The notes under the pieces: model-generated
What the model was told of the DNA's origin: nothing
Database searches by the model: none
The model's input: the letters and a program-made list of their open reading frames with translations, nothing else
Assembly: GCA_012295275.1 (NCBI GenBank)
Contig: CM022674.1
Location: forward strand, 6,448,001 to 6,512,000
Source of the DNA: Chrysomallon squamiferum
Lineage: Eukaryota > Animalia > Mollusca
Direction: 5' to 3'
Length of the DNA stretch: 64,000 nucleotides
Shown: positions 35,808-51,206 of the stretch, piece after piece
Position numbering within the stretch: the stretch's first letter is position 1
Layout of the letters: each line of letters starts with the position of its first letter
Translations under genes and position numbers: made by a program

Positions 35808-38236
35808 ACTTAAAAATAGAGATCTGTACCTTGACAGGGCACGCTCATGAATGGCAGACAGAATCACATACGTTTCCTTTCTCTATCCCTTTCACTCAAT
35901 TTCCCCCCGTCATTGTTTACAAACGAAAGTGGCCGAAATTTGCCAACAGCAGTGTGTAACGCGATACAAAATCGGTCGAATTTTCTCGAGTAGGCGAGAC
36001 TAGGAAACAGCAGACGACAGAGAAAGAAAGAAAGAAAGCGCGCGAGTTTTGTAAACAGCGCCAATGGCCCAGTCAGGACAGAGACAAAGGCGCCTCGACG
36101 ATGACATATTTATCTCGATTCACCTTGAGTGAATGTCTCGTCTGCCGTGCGCGCGATAAAAGATGCGCCACAATAAAACAGATAACGATTTTTTCATTTT
36201 CCTCTGTTCATTTGTGTTTTCTCTTCTTTTATTATTATTTTTTTAAATTATTATTTATTATTTTTTCGGAGGGGGATTATGGTGGGGGAATTTTACTCGT
36301 TTTAAAAACTTACGTTTTAGGCGAACATAGTTCTGAAATTATCAAAGACAAGACATAAAATATAGTTTTCTTTATTTCAAACCCACTGTTTTAAGATATT
36401 ATACGAGAACAAAAATAAAGTTATTCGGGATAAGAAAATAAATAAAATACCCATGTGGTAGTCTAGTCGTGCGAACAGCTGAAAAAAAAAAAAAAAAACT
36501 GGAACACAGTAATACATTTGTCGGTCAGGCCACGTTTTTTTGACAAAGCCGGTTATCGTTCAAGCCTTAGAAGCGTGGGGGGGGGAAACGTCTGCATCAT
36601 AGGTGACCTCGGAAAAATGTCTGTCGTGAATATTCGTCAAGCACAAAGACAGTCTTCTGTTTCTTCATTATTCGATTTTGCTGTACCAGACAAAGATCAG
36701 GTCGTTTCTTTCTCTCTCTCGGTTCGAAAATTGTAACATATAAAAGATTGTGAAAACAGTGTCATTTGCGCCTAATTTTGAATAGTTTAAGTTTGACCTA
36801 AATGTGCTAGACAAAAGCAGATGCAGACCTCAGCCCCCCTCCCCCCCAGATACCAGTGACCTAATTTATTTTTGGACAAAAACGGTGTTTCTCCCCGAGT
36901 TGGAATATTTTGACCGACATACGGAGACTGAGAAATCGAAGTGGGCTTTTTATTATTATTATTTTATTTTTTCTCTTCAGTGCAAACCATATATATATAT
37001 AAAGATTAATAAATATATCCAAGTAAAAAAACTGATGTTTCGAAAATATATAAAGTAACGGATTTTTTTCTACTCTCTTATTTTATTTATTTGTGTATTT
37101 CCTTTGACTTGGAGAAAAGGCGTCTTTGAAAGTTTCTCCTTTAAACAAAAAAAATAAACAAATAAAAATAAAAATAACTTATTTTAATTGTCAACACCAA
37201 CATCCTTTTCCTGTTAATAAAACAGTCAACAACACGGCTCAACCCATGTTGACATTTTGTTTGAGGGAATTCTATTTTTAGCACTGGAAATACAGCGCGC
37301 GGTTTGATCAAACATTCCCCAAACACTAAACAAGCTTTTCCGAAAAATCATCCCGAATTCTTTGTTTACAAAAACTCTAACACCCACTCTTTCCCATGTC
37401 AGCCAGGAAGACAAAAGTTTAAATAAGGTGTAGAGGCATTCGTATCTTAATTTAGCACATCACCAAGGATAAGGGAGGGGATAAAGAAAATGAAAAAGGC
37501 TGCATATGTTATGTTTAAAAATAAACTTTTTGAATGCAAAAGCGCGTCGTCAATTTCCGGAATTTTGCACTCCATTCGGTATTATCGATCGGTAAACTCC
37601 GTAGCAGACAGTAACGAAGTAATGCCCCAGCTTCGCGACAGGTTAGTCACCAAGGTCACTCACTATGTGTTGATATGCGTAGACGCTTTAAAACCGACGT
37701 TTTCGCAACCTTGTAGAAAAGAAAAAAAAACAAGAAAAAAGAAATATATTAATATAAAAGAAAAATAAAGAACATATGCTACCAACAGTAGTAATAATAC
37801 ATTTTATATTATTTATATATTTATTTTATTTCAGCATAAAAGGACAAAAAAAAAAGGGGGAGAAAATAGAACTAAAGAATTTTCTAGAAATTAAACCAAA
37901 ATAAAATTCATTTTTCTTAAATTAAATTATTAACTTTTTTGTTTGTTTTAAAATTTTGTTTACTTTAATCGTTTTTATTTTTATGTCTTTTTAGGATACA
38001 TTGGGCTCGATAGACCAGAAATAATAGACAGATTGAATTTGTCAGTGCAGCAACTTCTGCAGCAGCACGTGGTCGACACGCGACCAGATGACGTCATGCA
38101 CTACTCTCGTCTGCTCCTGTGTTTGCCTGCCTTGTACGGCATTGACAATCGCATGATCGAAAATCTCTTTTGCAGACACATTAACAAAAACACGGATATG
38201 GAGGTTTTGTTAAAAGAAATGCTTCAAAATATGTAG
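34712..38236 (+). CDS. NR0B: NR0B-family (SHP/DAX1-like) orphan nuclear receptor lacking a DNA-binding domain, 396 aa; exons 34712-35660 and 37995-38236
   Basis: LBD signature VHFAKSIPEFINLSHNDKVTLILNSWSRLLLL, PTMKSVEGVQTF..KEYAFLKMLVLFNAG and AF-2 MEVLLKEML. No C4 zinc fingers, and an in-frame TAA at 34706 precedes the ATG. Single phase-1 intron after FNA. Confidence 0.9.
37995..38236 (+). CDS. NR0B: NR0B-like coding exon 2 (helices 9-12)
   Basis: ttttag acceptor; GYIGLDRPEIIDRLN...YSRLLLCLPALYGID...LLKEMLQNM*. Confidence 0.9.
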
Positions 38237-39322
38237 CAGACGGACAAAAAGAAAAATATACTATTTAATTTATTGACACTTTCTGTTACATTCCCAGTAC
38301 TGTGACGTCATTAGTGTCACGTTGCAGAATCGGCTTGGAAGGCAACTCCAATTCAAAAGGACAAAAACTTTATTCATTTTTTTTAATTGAAAATCTCAAA
38401 GTGCAAACTGGACCAATGTGCAATGTATTTTGCATTATTTATTATTATTAATATTGCCCTACAAATGATATTAAATATTTATTATGTGGCCACAAACTTT
38501 TTGTTTAGATTCATGAGTGAATTGTTCTTGACAGAAAAAATTGAAAATGTGATGTCAGTTGATTTTCTTTTATGTTGGATGTAAGTAATTACAAAAATAT
38601 TTGTAATTTTAACATGAAATATTTTTTTATCATTAAGTTTTTTATTCTTTTTTTAATTTATTTTTTTTTTTTTTTTTTTTGTCTTGTTTTTGTTTTGTTT
38701 TTGCCTATGAAAGCATAGTTTCAATAAATTTGTGTTAAGATGTTTTCATAACTGAATATTTTACAAAATTTGTTGTATTTTTATTTTTATTGTGTCTGAA
38801 TTATTATTAATGAACAGAGCATAATTAATTAAATAAGTTTATTCATTTCTTAAATAACAGTATTTTAATCCTTGGTATTTACTTGGATACAAAACTTTTC
38901 TAAGTTAAAAAAAAAAAAAAAATGACAAGTGTACAGTTTGGTCAAAAAGACAAACAAACAAACAAAACAAAAATGATTTAGAAAATGTTAATTTTTTTTC
39001 TTTCCATTTTAATTTTTTTTTTTTTTTTTTTTCCCCTCATTTTTATTTATTAATTTTTCCTCACCACATAATATTTATCCGCACAAAATTACCGCTGGCT
39101 CGGTTTTCACTTATAATATTGTTTTCCAGTTGCAACATGCTCTTGTGTGTACGTGTTGATCACGTAAAAGTATGCATGAGATATTCAGATATTTATTATG
39201 CATATTAAATTGGAAATGTGTCAAAAGCAGCAATGAGGTATCTTTATTTAAAAACTTTTTTTTTTTTTTTTTTTTTTAAATCACTGTTTGGAGTAAAAGG
39301 TTAGGGTAATTTCTATTTTAAA

Positions 39323-39358
<36 letters not shown>

Positions 39359-39880
39359 ACATACATATGTATACACATACACACAGACACATTTTTAACA
39401 TCAAAGTATTATGCTTTTTATTTCTGTTCAGATGTATATCCTTTTTAAATATATTGATTTATTTATTTATTTTTTTTTTTTTTTTTTTTTTATTTTTTTT
39501 TTTTTTTTTTTTTTTAAGGCCTATAAAATAGTTACCTCACCAGTAAATTAATGTAAAACATATTCAGCATAAATACATTTTATTCATGTTATTGTAATGT
39601 GTGGTTACAAAAGTTTAGTTGTATTTTGTTTGATATTCGAATGAGTGTGTTCATATTATGTATTCATTGTCTTAATACTTCTGTTGGTAAACACATGTCA
39701 TTCATACTGTAGATGTCAGCTTAACTTATTAATAAATTATTTTTTGATGATGAAAAAAAAAAAAAACTCGACTTGTTTTCATTTTATGTTGTACAATTAA
39801 TGTTGACAGTTCGTGATATCACTGCCATGTGTTATTACGTTTGGAAGATTGAAAAATGCACATACAAAAAAAAAATAATA

Positions 39881-39918
<38 letters not shown>

Positions 39919-40537
39919 TAAATTAATTATTTATCACATTTATGTGGATGTGTATACTGCATGATGAATATACATATGTACATACAGACAGATGTTCACT
40001 GCAAACGTGTACAAATTTAATAGAAAACACATCTTTTACAAAACTCCCTCTGTGTGTGTGTGTGTATATGTGTCTGTGTGTAACTGTGTGTGTTTGTATC
40101 TGTATGTGTGTGTATTGCATGCACACACACGTATACACATATAATTGTTACATACGTCAGAGGTTACATACTTGATGTTACAGTGTAACAAAGTCAGTGC
40201 TTGTATAAAATGGCTAAACAGATTACGGATTACGAGTTACGGGTTACAAGTTACAGATTACAGGTTACTTTACTCCTTCATTTTCTCAGTTTTGTGTATC
40301 AAACAATTATTACTTTTACAGAAAAATAAAACATTACTACACTGCTATCACTACTTCTACTACTACTACTAGTACTTCTACTGCTACTTATACTACTTCT
40401 ACCACTGCTACTACTACTACTACTACTACTACTACTAATAATAATAATAATAATCATAATAATCATCATCATCATCATAATCATAATCTACCACTGCTGC
40501 TATTATTACTGCTACTACTACTACTACTACTACAGTA

Positions 40538-40577
<40 letters not shown>

Positions 40578-41422
40578 TTTTTAAAAAAGTAACAATTTCT
40601 AAAACAAATGACTATTCGACAAGACGAGAAAAGGATTTGAAACGACAAAGCAAGAACGAATTAACAAAGACAAAGTGATGGAGAGAAACGAAAAGGAGAA
40701 ATGAAAAGATGAATAAAGGGATATATTTTACAAAAGAAGTTATGATTATTACAAAATAAAGAGAAGAAGACTGAAAAAATAAAAGTAGAACGAATGAAGA
40801 AAAAAAGTACAAAAAGAATGAATAAATAGAGAAAGAAGATATTAAAAGAAAAAATATCAAAAGTAAGAAAGCTATTACTTAACAATCAAAGACAGAATGA
40901 AATGAACTAATAATAAAAAAAAAAAAAAAATATAGATATATATACATTTTTGTTTTAATTGAAAAGAAACAAAATAAGAATTAAAGACAAAAAAAAAAAA
41001 AAAAAACAACAAAAAAAAACAAAACCCCACCAACCTTCCCTCCAAAAATAAATAAATTAATAAATAAATAATATAAAAAAAAAAAAAATTAAAAAAAATA
41101 AAGGCGAAAGAAAAACCGAAGATTTTAAAAAGCAAAAAAAAAAGAGAAAAAAAGCAACTGATTGAAACAAAAAATGCAGGGTTATGCGTCTGATGCAAAG
41201 GTCATTGTACTCAAATCAGGATGTTACGAGTGACAAAGCGGAAGGATACACAGATTACAGAGGATACGAGATTGTACGAGATGTTCTAAAAATAGATTTA
41301 AAATCTATTTAAAACTTCCCCATTTACTTAAATATCAAGCCTCTCGGCTTAACTCCATCACGTGATGAGTTCGTGCCTCAGGCAGGGGGTTCGCTATATG
41401 GTTCAGTAAAGTGCATGATACG

Positions 41423-41453
<31 letters not shown>

Positions 41454-41459
41454 AAAAAA

Positions 41460-41511
<52 letters not shown>

Positions 41512-41535
41512 ACCTTTTGCTGTGCTTGTTATTGC

Positions 41536-41599
<64 letters not shown>

Positions 41600-41637
41600 T
41601 TAAACTAAATTAAGCCTCTTGTTGTTCTTGTTATTGC

Positions 41638-41676
<39 letters not shown>

Positions 41677-41825
41677 TACTATTTTATTATTATTATTACT
41701 ATTTTAACTATATTAAAACTTTTGTTATTGCTATTATTACTGCGTTGTTGATATTATTGTTTTTAGGTTTATTATTTTTTATTACTTATTTATTTATTAT
41801 TTTTATTTTTATTTATTTTTTAATC

Positions 41826-41884
<59 letters not shown>

Positions 41885-42064
41885 TTTTTAATTTGATTCT
41901 TGTTTTAATTATTTTTTTATTCATTTCTTTCTCTTTCTCGTTTATCATAAAAACAATAATAATAAATATTTATACATATGCATATTACTATATATAATCA
42001 TGTTGAAAGTATATACATGTATATATGTCTGTATGTATCTGTGTGTGCGTGTATGTGTTTCTGT

Positions 42065-42105
<41 letters not shown>

Positions 42106-42176
42106 ATTAATGCATATTTTATTTCATTTTAATATTTGTTTGTTTGTTTCAATGTCGTTTGCTTCGTTTTTTTTTT

Positions 42177-42207
<31 letters not shown>

Positions 42208-42596
42208 TTTTATTATAATTTTCTCTTTTTTTATGTTTATTCTGAAACATGTACATTTTAAAAATTTTACATTTATTCTACTTCTGTATAAACATTCATA
42301 TATATATATATACATATTATTACATACATAATTATGCAGACATGTATATACATATGTATGTGTGTGTGTGTCTGTCTGTCTGTCTGTGTCTGTCTGTCTG
42401 TATGTATGTCTGGACACACACACACACACAATAAACACACACTTGAATTAATGCATATTTTATTTTTCTGGTTCGACAAACCCTAAACAACCCCCCCATC
42501 TCGAACCAGCCGCCCCCCCCCTCGCTCACTGCACTGTCCTACAGCATGAACAATTAGTACACTAATATGATTAGTTTATATCAGTCAAGGCTGCAG

Positions 42597-42627
<31 letters not shown>

Positions 42628-42992
42628 GGATTCCTATGCGCATGGGCAAGGTCAGATTCAACAAGGTGCAAGAGAGACCGAAAGTGCAACGTCAAGTTGC
42701 GACATATTTTTCTGGACGTTGATCACGTACGCCATGTAGAAAGAAAAGATTTAATACGTCTTATTTTTTATCCCATTGTTAATAAGTCATAAATGATGGG
42801 GTTCCGGTTACGAGGGTTTTTGCGCCTTGTGAAAAAAATAGAAGTGTTTAGTCACGGTGTTTTTGTTTGTGGTTCCTTAAAAAAAAAAAAATAAAAAAAA
42901 ATGTATTTGTTTGTTTGTTTATTTTGAATTAGTAGTTTGTAAGAGTATTATTGATTTGTATGGGGTTTTTTTTATTTATTATTTGTGTAATT

Positions 42993-43038
<46 letters not shown>

Positions 43039-44265
43039 TTACTTATTTATTTATTTTGAATATTCTTATTTTATTTTATTTCAGTTATTTTTTTTTTAAT
43101 TTTTTTTTTTTTGACGATTTAAGTGTATTACAAATTGATTTATTACACCTTTTATTTCATTTTATTCTAACTTTTGAAAATTCTATTTTATGGTAAATAT
43201 TTATCATCTTTATTATTATAATCATTTTGTTTTTATTTTCATATTTTACATATTTTACTTTGTTGTTTTCTAAATCAAAGATTTCAGTGAATATAAAATC
43301 AAAATACAATATTTTTATATAAATTATTTTATTAAAAAAAGGCATGCAGAGAGAGGCATATAGATTCGAAGCATTTCTATGAAACACACAATTCTTCTTT
43401 GTTTCTTCTCTGTCACTCTCTCATCCTTTCTTTCTCTCTATCATACACACACATACACACACACACACACACATACACACATTTGTTTAAAAGATATTGA
43501 CATAAAAGGTCAGATGTAGATATTAGCACATATGCATTTGTATACAAACAAAGAGACATTCGTGCATATACTTACATACATATATATATATATATACACA
43601 CACATATATACATACATATGTACACAGGTACGTACACACACATATTCACGCACATACATACACACCATACATATATACGCATACATATATACCACACACA
43701 CATACTGACTTGCATAAATACACACACACACACACACACATATATATACATACATATACATGCTTACTTACACAAATAACACGCGCACGAATACACGCAC
43801 GCACACACGCACACGCAGGCGCACTATCTAGCTCCAGTAACCTTTTCCCTAACACGATTTTTACCAGTGAGACGTCCCGTGATTTTCTGTCAACCGCTCG
43901 ACATTAAAAAATTCTTTCACCTGGCAAATTTAACAACTCTATCCTTGAACAGGGACTGCGTACAGACCGGCACGTCATCCGATGACGTCACAATGATTTA
44001 GTACTTTTTGACGGGTGAAAAAAAAAAAAAAAAAAAAAAAAATGATTTTTGACCCGACCTGAGTAGATGCGTTTCTCCGGCCTTGGACTTTTGAATAACG
44101 TAGAAGAAAACAATTGGAGTGGAGCGGCCAAAGGCTTTGTTTTGAAGAAAAAAAAAAGTAATAGCAGTGAGAACAACACAGAGATTTGCCGCGTGATAGA
44201 TAGATTTGTATGTGTGAAAGAAAGAAAGTACAGGCCTCACTGGGAAAAGTACCAGGCGTAAAGAT

Positions 44266-44296
<31 letters not shown>

Positions 44297-44377
44297 CAGT
44301 GAGGTTGAAGTGACATTAAAAATGATTAAGGCATTATTAATATCATAACTGCTGATGTCACGATTATTATTATTTTT

Positions 44378-44430
<53 letters not shown>

Positions 44431-46044
44431 TATTCTTTTATTTATTTATTTTTTTAATTTAAGTTTTTATTTATTTATTTTATTTTATTTTTTTTTTATT
44501 TTTTTATATATATATATTTTTTTTTTTTTTTTTCTACTCTTTATTTTTTTATTATTATTATTATTTTATCGAGATGGGAAGGACAGGAAAAACAGACAGA
44601 TAAAAAAAATTACTGAAAACAGAGATAAACAGACAGACAGATATATCGATACATTCTATAGATAGAGAGAGCTAGTCTGATATATAGATAGAGAGCAGAC
44701 CCATATTCAGAAATTGATGGCCCATAATATACAGGCATGCCCCCTTCCAATCTTTTAAAAAAAATAATAATAATAATAATAAAAATAGAAAAAATAAAAA
44801 AATTAATTTGTATCTATTGGTTTGTCTGTCTGTCTATCTGTCTATCAGAAGATGCTATTTCCTACAATCTGGGAAATAAATTTGAAATTTTTATACGACA
44901 TGGGACCCGTCATTTTCCCCAGTTATCGTCCGACGAACAATATACATGACGTCATAAGAATTAACCAATGACAAGAAGGAACCCAGATGATCTGAAGTGA
45001 TTAAATTTTACTAAATCTTTTTGCTGACGTACGCATGTAAAAGATCAGGCCTTCATACCCATGAATAACCAGTTGCTGACTGTATTTTGGTTTTTAATTA
45101 GTAGCGTGCTGAAAGTTACTTAACAGCAGAAGTGAACTAATAACACTTACATCGAAACGTCATCAGTGATGTGCAGAAAGGAGGGGGGAGTAGCGACATT
45201 GGTCCCGGGCATCTATTCCATGGGGGGGGCATCCAATGAAAGTGTGAAATGTTAAAGTAATTTATATATATATATATATATTAATTTCATAATTAATATC
45301 TATATCTGTGTATGTGTGTGTGTGTGTATATATATATATACAGATATAGATATTAATTTTGAAATTATTGCTTACTGTTGCATTTTCAACTGGAGTTTGT
45401 GAAAGGTCATTTTCAAAGCTGAAATCAATTTTAAATAACAATAATAATAAAATAAGTATATAAGTAAATAAATTAACTATAAATAAATAAATAATGATGA
45501 TAATGATGATAACAACAACAACAACAACAACAATACAGGATATCTGAGGTCTTTCTTGTGACAAAATCGACTATGTAACCTGACTTCAATTATTACTTAA
45601 AAATAATTCCTCTCAGCTAATGTTAAAAAAATGAAACAGTTCAAGTATTTTCTGACAGACGATATCATTTGGGGCACAGAACTTAATTAATATGTCTGAT
45701 TTATATTTTATTGAATAAAATGTTTATTCTTTCTGTTTCTACATATTCAAAAATGTCTTTCTTTCCCTCATTTATCATATCTACAAATGAGTCTCAAGGT
45801 CATTACAGTCATAAATAATCTCTGCATGGCCTTGGACAACCTTGAATTTACCTATTTTTTTACTTATCTATTTTCTTATTTAGCCATTTGTAATCTAAAT
45901 ATTTGTTTATTTGTTTGTTAACCTATTTAATTATCTCCGTTTTTTTTTTTCTTTCGTTTTTTTTTGTATATATATGTATGCATGTAGTTTAGGATTTTGA
46001 ATATTCTCTGTTTTATATACGTCTGATTAGACTCTGCACGTAGA

Positions 46045-46192
46045 CAATATTCATCAACGCACTGGCGCAGGAGGACAAAGTCTAATCACGACCTCACCAA
46101 CCCCGTCAGATGCCGCTGACGAGACTCGAACGTGTGGCACTCATTCTCCCGTATTCCGAAGGTGGACGATGTTACCGTTCGGCCACCGAGAC
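46045..46192 (-). mobile_element. tRNA-derived SINE head (degenerate)
   Basis: Minus strand has A-box TGGCCGAACGG (46185-46175) and B-box GTTCGAGTC (46131-46123). No complete cloverleaf seen; the 3' boundary is approximate. Confidence 0.6.
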
Positions 46193-46200
46193 AACCTTAA

Positions 46201-46307
46201 TGTATGTATGTATGTATGTATGTATGTATGTATGTATGTATGTATGTATGTATGTATGTATGTATGTATGTATGTATGTGTGTGTGTGTGTGTGTGTGTA
46301 TGTATTA

Positions 46308-46342
<35 letters not shown>

Positions 46343-46595
46343 ACGTATATCTGTACTAGTGTACTCATCTGTGTGTGTGTGGTTTTGTAGGTGTGTAAGT
46401 CGTTTGATTTATTTCTGTATGTGTGTATGTATGTATATACATGTATGTCTACTTGTGTGTGTGTGTCTGTGTGTGTATTCTGTGTGTGTGTCTGTGTGTG
46501 TGTTGTGTATTCTGTGTGTGTGTGTGTGTTTGTGTGTGTCTGTGTGTGTGTATGTGTGTGTGTGTGTGTTGTGTGTGTGTATTCTGTGTGTGTGT
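46201..46595. repeat. Compound (TATG)n/(TG)n microsatellite
   Basis: Direct inspection. Confidence 0.95.
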
Positions 46596-46737
46596 GGTTA
46601 TTACTTTTGATTAAAAGTTCATTTGGTCATGCAACTGGAAAATTTTTTTTTTTTTTTTTTCACAGACCCGAGGCAAAATATTGAACCATGATTCAGATTT
46701 GTCAATATTTTTTCTTTGTTTCCTTTTGTTTATATAT

Positions 46738-46797
<60 letters not shown>

Positions 46798-47514
46798 GTG
46801 AGAGTGTGCGAGTAACATTATTACAGTTAATTATCAGAAACCTAGATAATTATTTAAAATAATAATAATAATAGCAACAACAACAACAAAAACAATAATA
46901 ACAATAATAATAAAAAATAATAATAATAAATAAACAAGCAAAAAAGATAAAAATTGTTTTAAAATTAAAATAAAGAAAGAAAGAAAGAAAACCACTCGAG
47001 GCCATTTCCAAAAGATTTTTTTTTTTTTTTTTTTTTCGTTTTTACATCATAATGGTCGCCATTAATAGCGAACTCCCTCCCACTGGTAAAAACCAATCTA
47101 CATCTGTGACGTCATTGATGACACTGTCTTACCAAATTCGTTCATCGCTCCGCCATTCTGAGAGCTCCAACCAGGAAGTTACATCCGATCAATGATCCGT
47201 CAGCTACGAAGGTCAGCTCGTCAGCCAATCAGATTCCTCGTACGGACTGTTACCGTTTTCTTACGATCGATGAATTAATATTCTCACGTTCGCATCCTAG
47301 AAGTGCAGATTTGTCAGTTAGTTTAGAGCCCGTAAAGGAGTGAGGTTAGGGGTGGGGGGGAGAAGATGTTATTACGTAATTAGGTATTTGATTCACAGAA
47401 TTTTAATGTTTTTTTTTTTTTTAATTTTATTTAAAAAAATATATTTTCTAGTATTTTCTTTAGAAATAGTGAGTATGAGTGTGTACTAATAAAGTATCAT
47501 TATCATCATCATAA

Positions 47515-47563
<49 letters not shown>

Positions 47564-48596
47564 TATTATTTTAAATAATTAGTTAAATTAGTGAAATTAA
47601 GTTTATCGAAAATAAAATGAAAAATAAATAAAATTAAATCTAGATACCTCTCTCTCTCTCTCTCTCAGTCTCTCCCCCCTCTCTCTCTCATTCTGTTTCT
47701 ATCTCCTTTTCTCTGTCTTTCTGTCTCTGTTTTCCCCCACCTTTCTCTAATACCCACATACAGAGATATACACATACACTTCACTGTTCCATGTTATTAC
47801 AGATATCTGTGTAATGTTTGTAGTGAGTAGTATATATGTATGTAATATATATCTGTCTGTCTAGGTATCTGTAAATCTAAGTATCTATATGTGTATATAT
47901 CTCTGTGTCTAGGCATGCACGTATGAGTGTGTATGTATGTATTGTTGCGTGTCTGTGTGTACGTGCGTCTCTGAATGGCTATATATAAACGCTACGCCAG
48001 CTCAAAAACATAAACAAATTTCAATAGTTAGTACACGAGTCTTTTTTAATATAATAACAATAAATAATAAAAAAAAAAAAAATTTAAAAAAATAAAATGA
48101 AACAAAAAAAAAAATAATAATAATAATTTAAAAAAAAATAATAAATTAAATAGAAACAATTGTTTATGACCATAGTTTGCGATTTATTCCAGAACAAAAT
48201 AATTACTTCGTGTTTATTTTACTAGCTTGTGGACGAAAAATGTCGGTCACCTGACCTTGAAACGTAATGTTTATGACCCAAATACGAGCCTCATTTTGAC
48301 TGACCCGTTTGTCCTGCGTTTTTGTGGTATTTCGTAGAAATAGTTTTATTGCGTTAGAATGGAATTATCATTATGCCGGTTCAGGCTGCTTTGGACAAAA
48401 TCAATCGATATATTTCTTTGTTACTTTTAGCACCAGCCCAGACAAAGTAGGCACGTGCAGTTATACATATACACATTGAGAGAGAAACAGAGAGAGAGAG
48501 AGTGAAAGAGGAAAAGATTCAGATATACATGTACATGCACAAATGAGAGAAATATGAATGAAATATAATAAAGAAAAATGGCAAATTGAAGGAAAT

Positions 48597-48673
<77 letters not shown>

Positions 48674-51147
48674 AATAAAACGAAAAATGGCAACATGACA
48701 TTAAACGGGAATGACAGAAAATGAGCACGAAAATAATATAAAATGAAACTAATAACACTGTCCTCTGTGCAATTATCAAACCAGTAACCTTTCATTTGAT
48801 TTACACTTTATCCAAAGCACAAGACACACATAGAGAGAGAAACATGGACAGAAACACAGATGTACAGAGATAAACAAACAGATAGTGGAAAATACAGAAA
48901 GAAAAAAAAGAATAAAGAAACGGAGAGATAAAAAAAATGAAACAATGTCAGAATATGAGATTAATTTGCAGAACTGAGAAAAGACAGATAAAATAAAAAA
49001 AATATAAAAAAAAATAAAAATAAGAAGAAGAATAAGAAAGAAACACAACAAAACAAAAAGAAACGAAAATCAAAAATGTTCACATGTCGATTCGAAATGC
49101 AACATATCCTATAAATATTCTGCGCAGTCTGTTCTGGTTGCGCTAGTGTAATCGAAAACTGACGAAAATATTTCTCGAACATTCCCGAAGCGTCGTTCAT
49201 TCATTTATGCACTCAACGCCCGCTCAAAGCTTTCGGGTCGATTCTAAAGCCCGGACTTTGCCGATTGCTTTCGATCTTTTCCGACGTTTGTGTTTTCAAA
49301 CGATGCGGTCTTCATTTTCATTGGAATCTGTAATTGCAGCATTGCTTATGACTGTGTGATATATTAACATATATTTTTTATTATTATTTATTTATCTTAT
49401 TTTGTTTTGTTTTGTTTTATTTTATTTTATTTTATTTTATTTACCTTATTTAATTCATTTTTTTTTTTTAAATTTTATTATATGTATTTATTTATATTTA
49501 GTTTATTTTTATTTTTATGTTATTATTGTAGTTGTTGTTGCTACTGCTTTTATTGTATTTTTTTTTGCAGGTTCATCCGTCTGTCTCTTAGTCTGTTTTT
49601 ACGTTTGTGTGTGTGTGTTTCTGTCTGGCTGTATGTAGGATATACGTACATGTGTGTGTACATACTGAAATTTTTTATGTATTTGTAGTATTAGCTATAA
49701 CAAAACATAACTTAATAAAATAAAGATGAGTTTTTAAAATGAAAATTAATTTGAATTTTGACTTTGCATAATTAAATTGTATCTTCTTCTTCTCTCTCTA
49801 CCTCCTTTTTATTTTATTTTATATTATTAGTTTATATTATTATTTTATATTATCGTCTTTTTTTTTTTTTTTTTTTTTTTTTAATTCACTTCCTTTTTTT
49901 TAACTTTTTTTTTTTCCCCTTCGTTCTTAACAATGTAGACAACACAAACATGAAATTAAAAATTATTTCAGTTAGGTAACTTCCAGTATGTTACTAATTA
50001 AAAACCAAAATAAAATTACTAATCGGTTATTCGCGGACCTATATGAGCTGATCAATTACAGGTGTGGTCAACAAAATTATTAACTATATGTCATCAGAAT
50101 AGCTCATCTCTCATTGGTTAATTCTGATGACGTCATATCGATTGTTTGTTGGAAGATCACTCGGTAATAATGTACAGAAAATAGAAAAAGACAGGAAAAG
50201 CTGTACGTATTTATTAATTAAGAATTATTATTATTATACTTACGTAATCTTGCTTCTATTATTACTCTTGTTAGTATTCACAAACACATTACATACATAC
50301 AAATACACACACACACACACACACATATATACACACACGCAAACACCGATATATGCATACAAACCCAAATATATAATTAATTATATATATATATATATAT
50401 ACATAAACGTATACAATCACATAAAAATACAACATATATACAGACACATACACTGAAATACACATTAATACACACACACACACACAAAACATACATACAT
50501 ATTACACAATACGACATATACACATACAAAATATATATACATACATACTTAAACAAACACCCAGTCATATTCATACGCAAACATACATTCATGCTTAATT
50601 CACGATACAACCAGACAAACGCGTTAAACACGGACTGCGACAAACTCACGCGTACACAATACAAACAAGCACACACACCCAACACACACACACACACACA
50701 CACAAAGAGACACACAAAGAGAAACATACACAAAGAGACACACACAGAGGCAAAGAGACACACACACACACACACTAAGAGATACACACACACACACACT
50801 AAGAGAAACACACACACACACACAAAGAGACACACACAAAGACAAAGTGAAACACACACACACACACTAAGACAAACACACACACGCACACTAAGAGGTG
50901 GAAAAAGCGCGCGCAATGTTCTCAGGGCTTAACGACCGGCGCAACCGAATTTCCGGTCTCGTGACTGGTTGCCTAGGTAACGAGAAGTTCGGTGAACTCT
51001 GTAATTTGTAGTTTTGTTGATGTGTATGTGTTAGTTCTACAAGGCCACTTACCTATAAGCTGTACAAAGGCGACTGACTTCTGCGGTGTATAACAAAGCC
51101 GATTAGTGGCAGACGCAAGCCAGAACAGAAACATTTTGAAATAATTC

Positions 51148-51206
<59 letters not shown>

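Noticed and set aside
41335-41405. Second SINE head (gagttcgtgcctc B-box-like)
   Set aside because: No clear A box; too degenerate to call.
46045-46192. Functional tRNA gene
   Set aside because: A and B boxes are present but I could not fold a convincing cloverleaf; treated as a SINE head.
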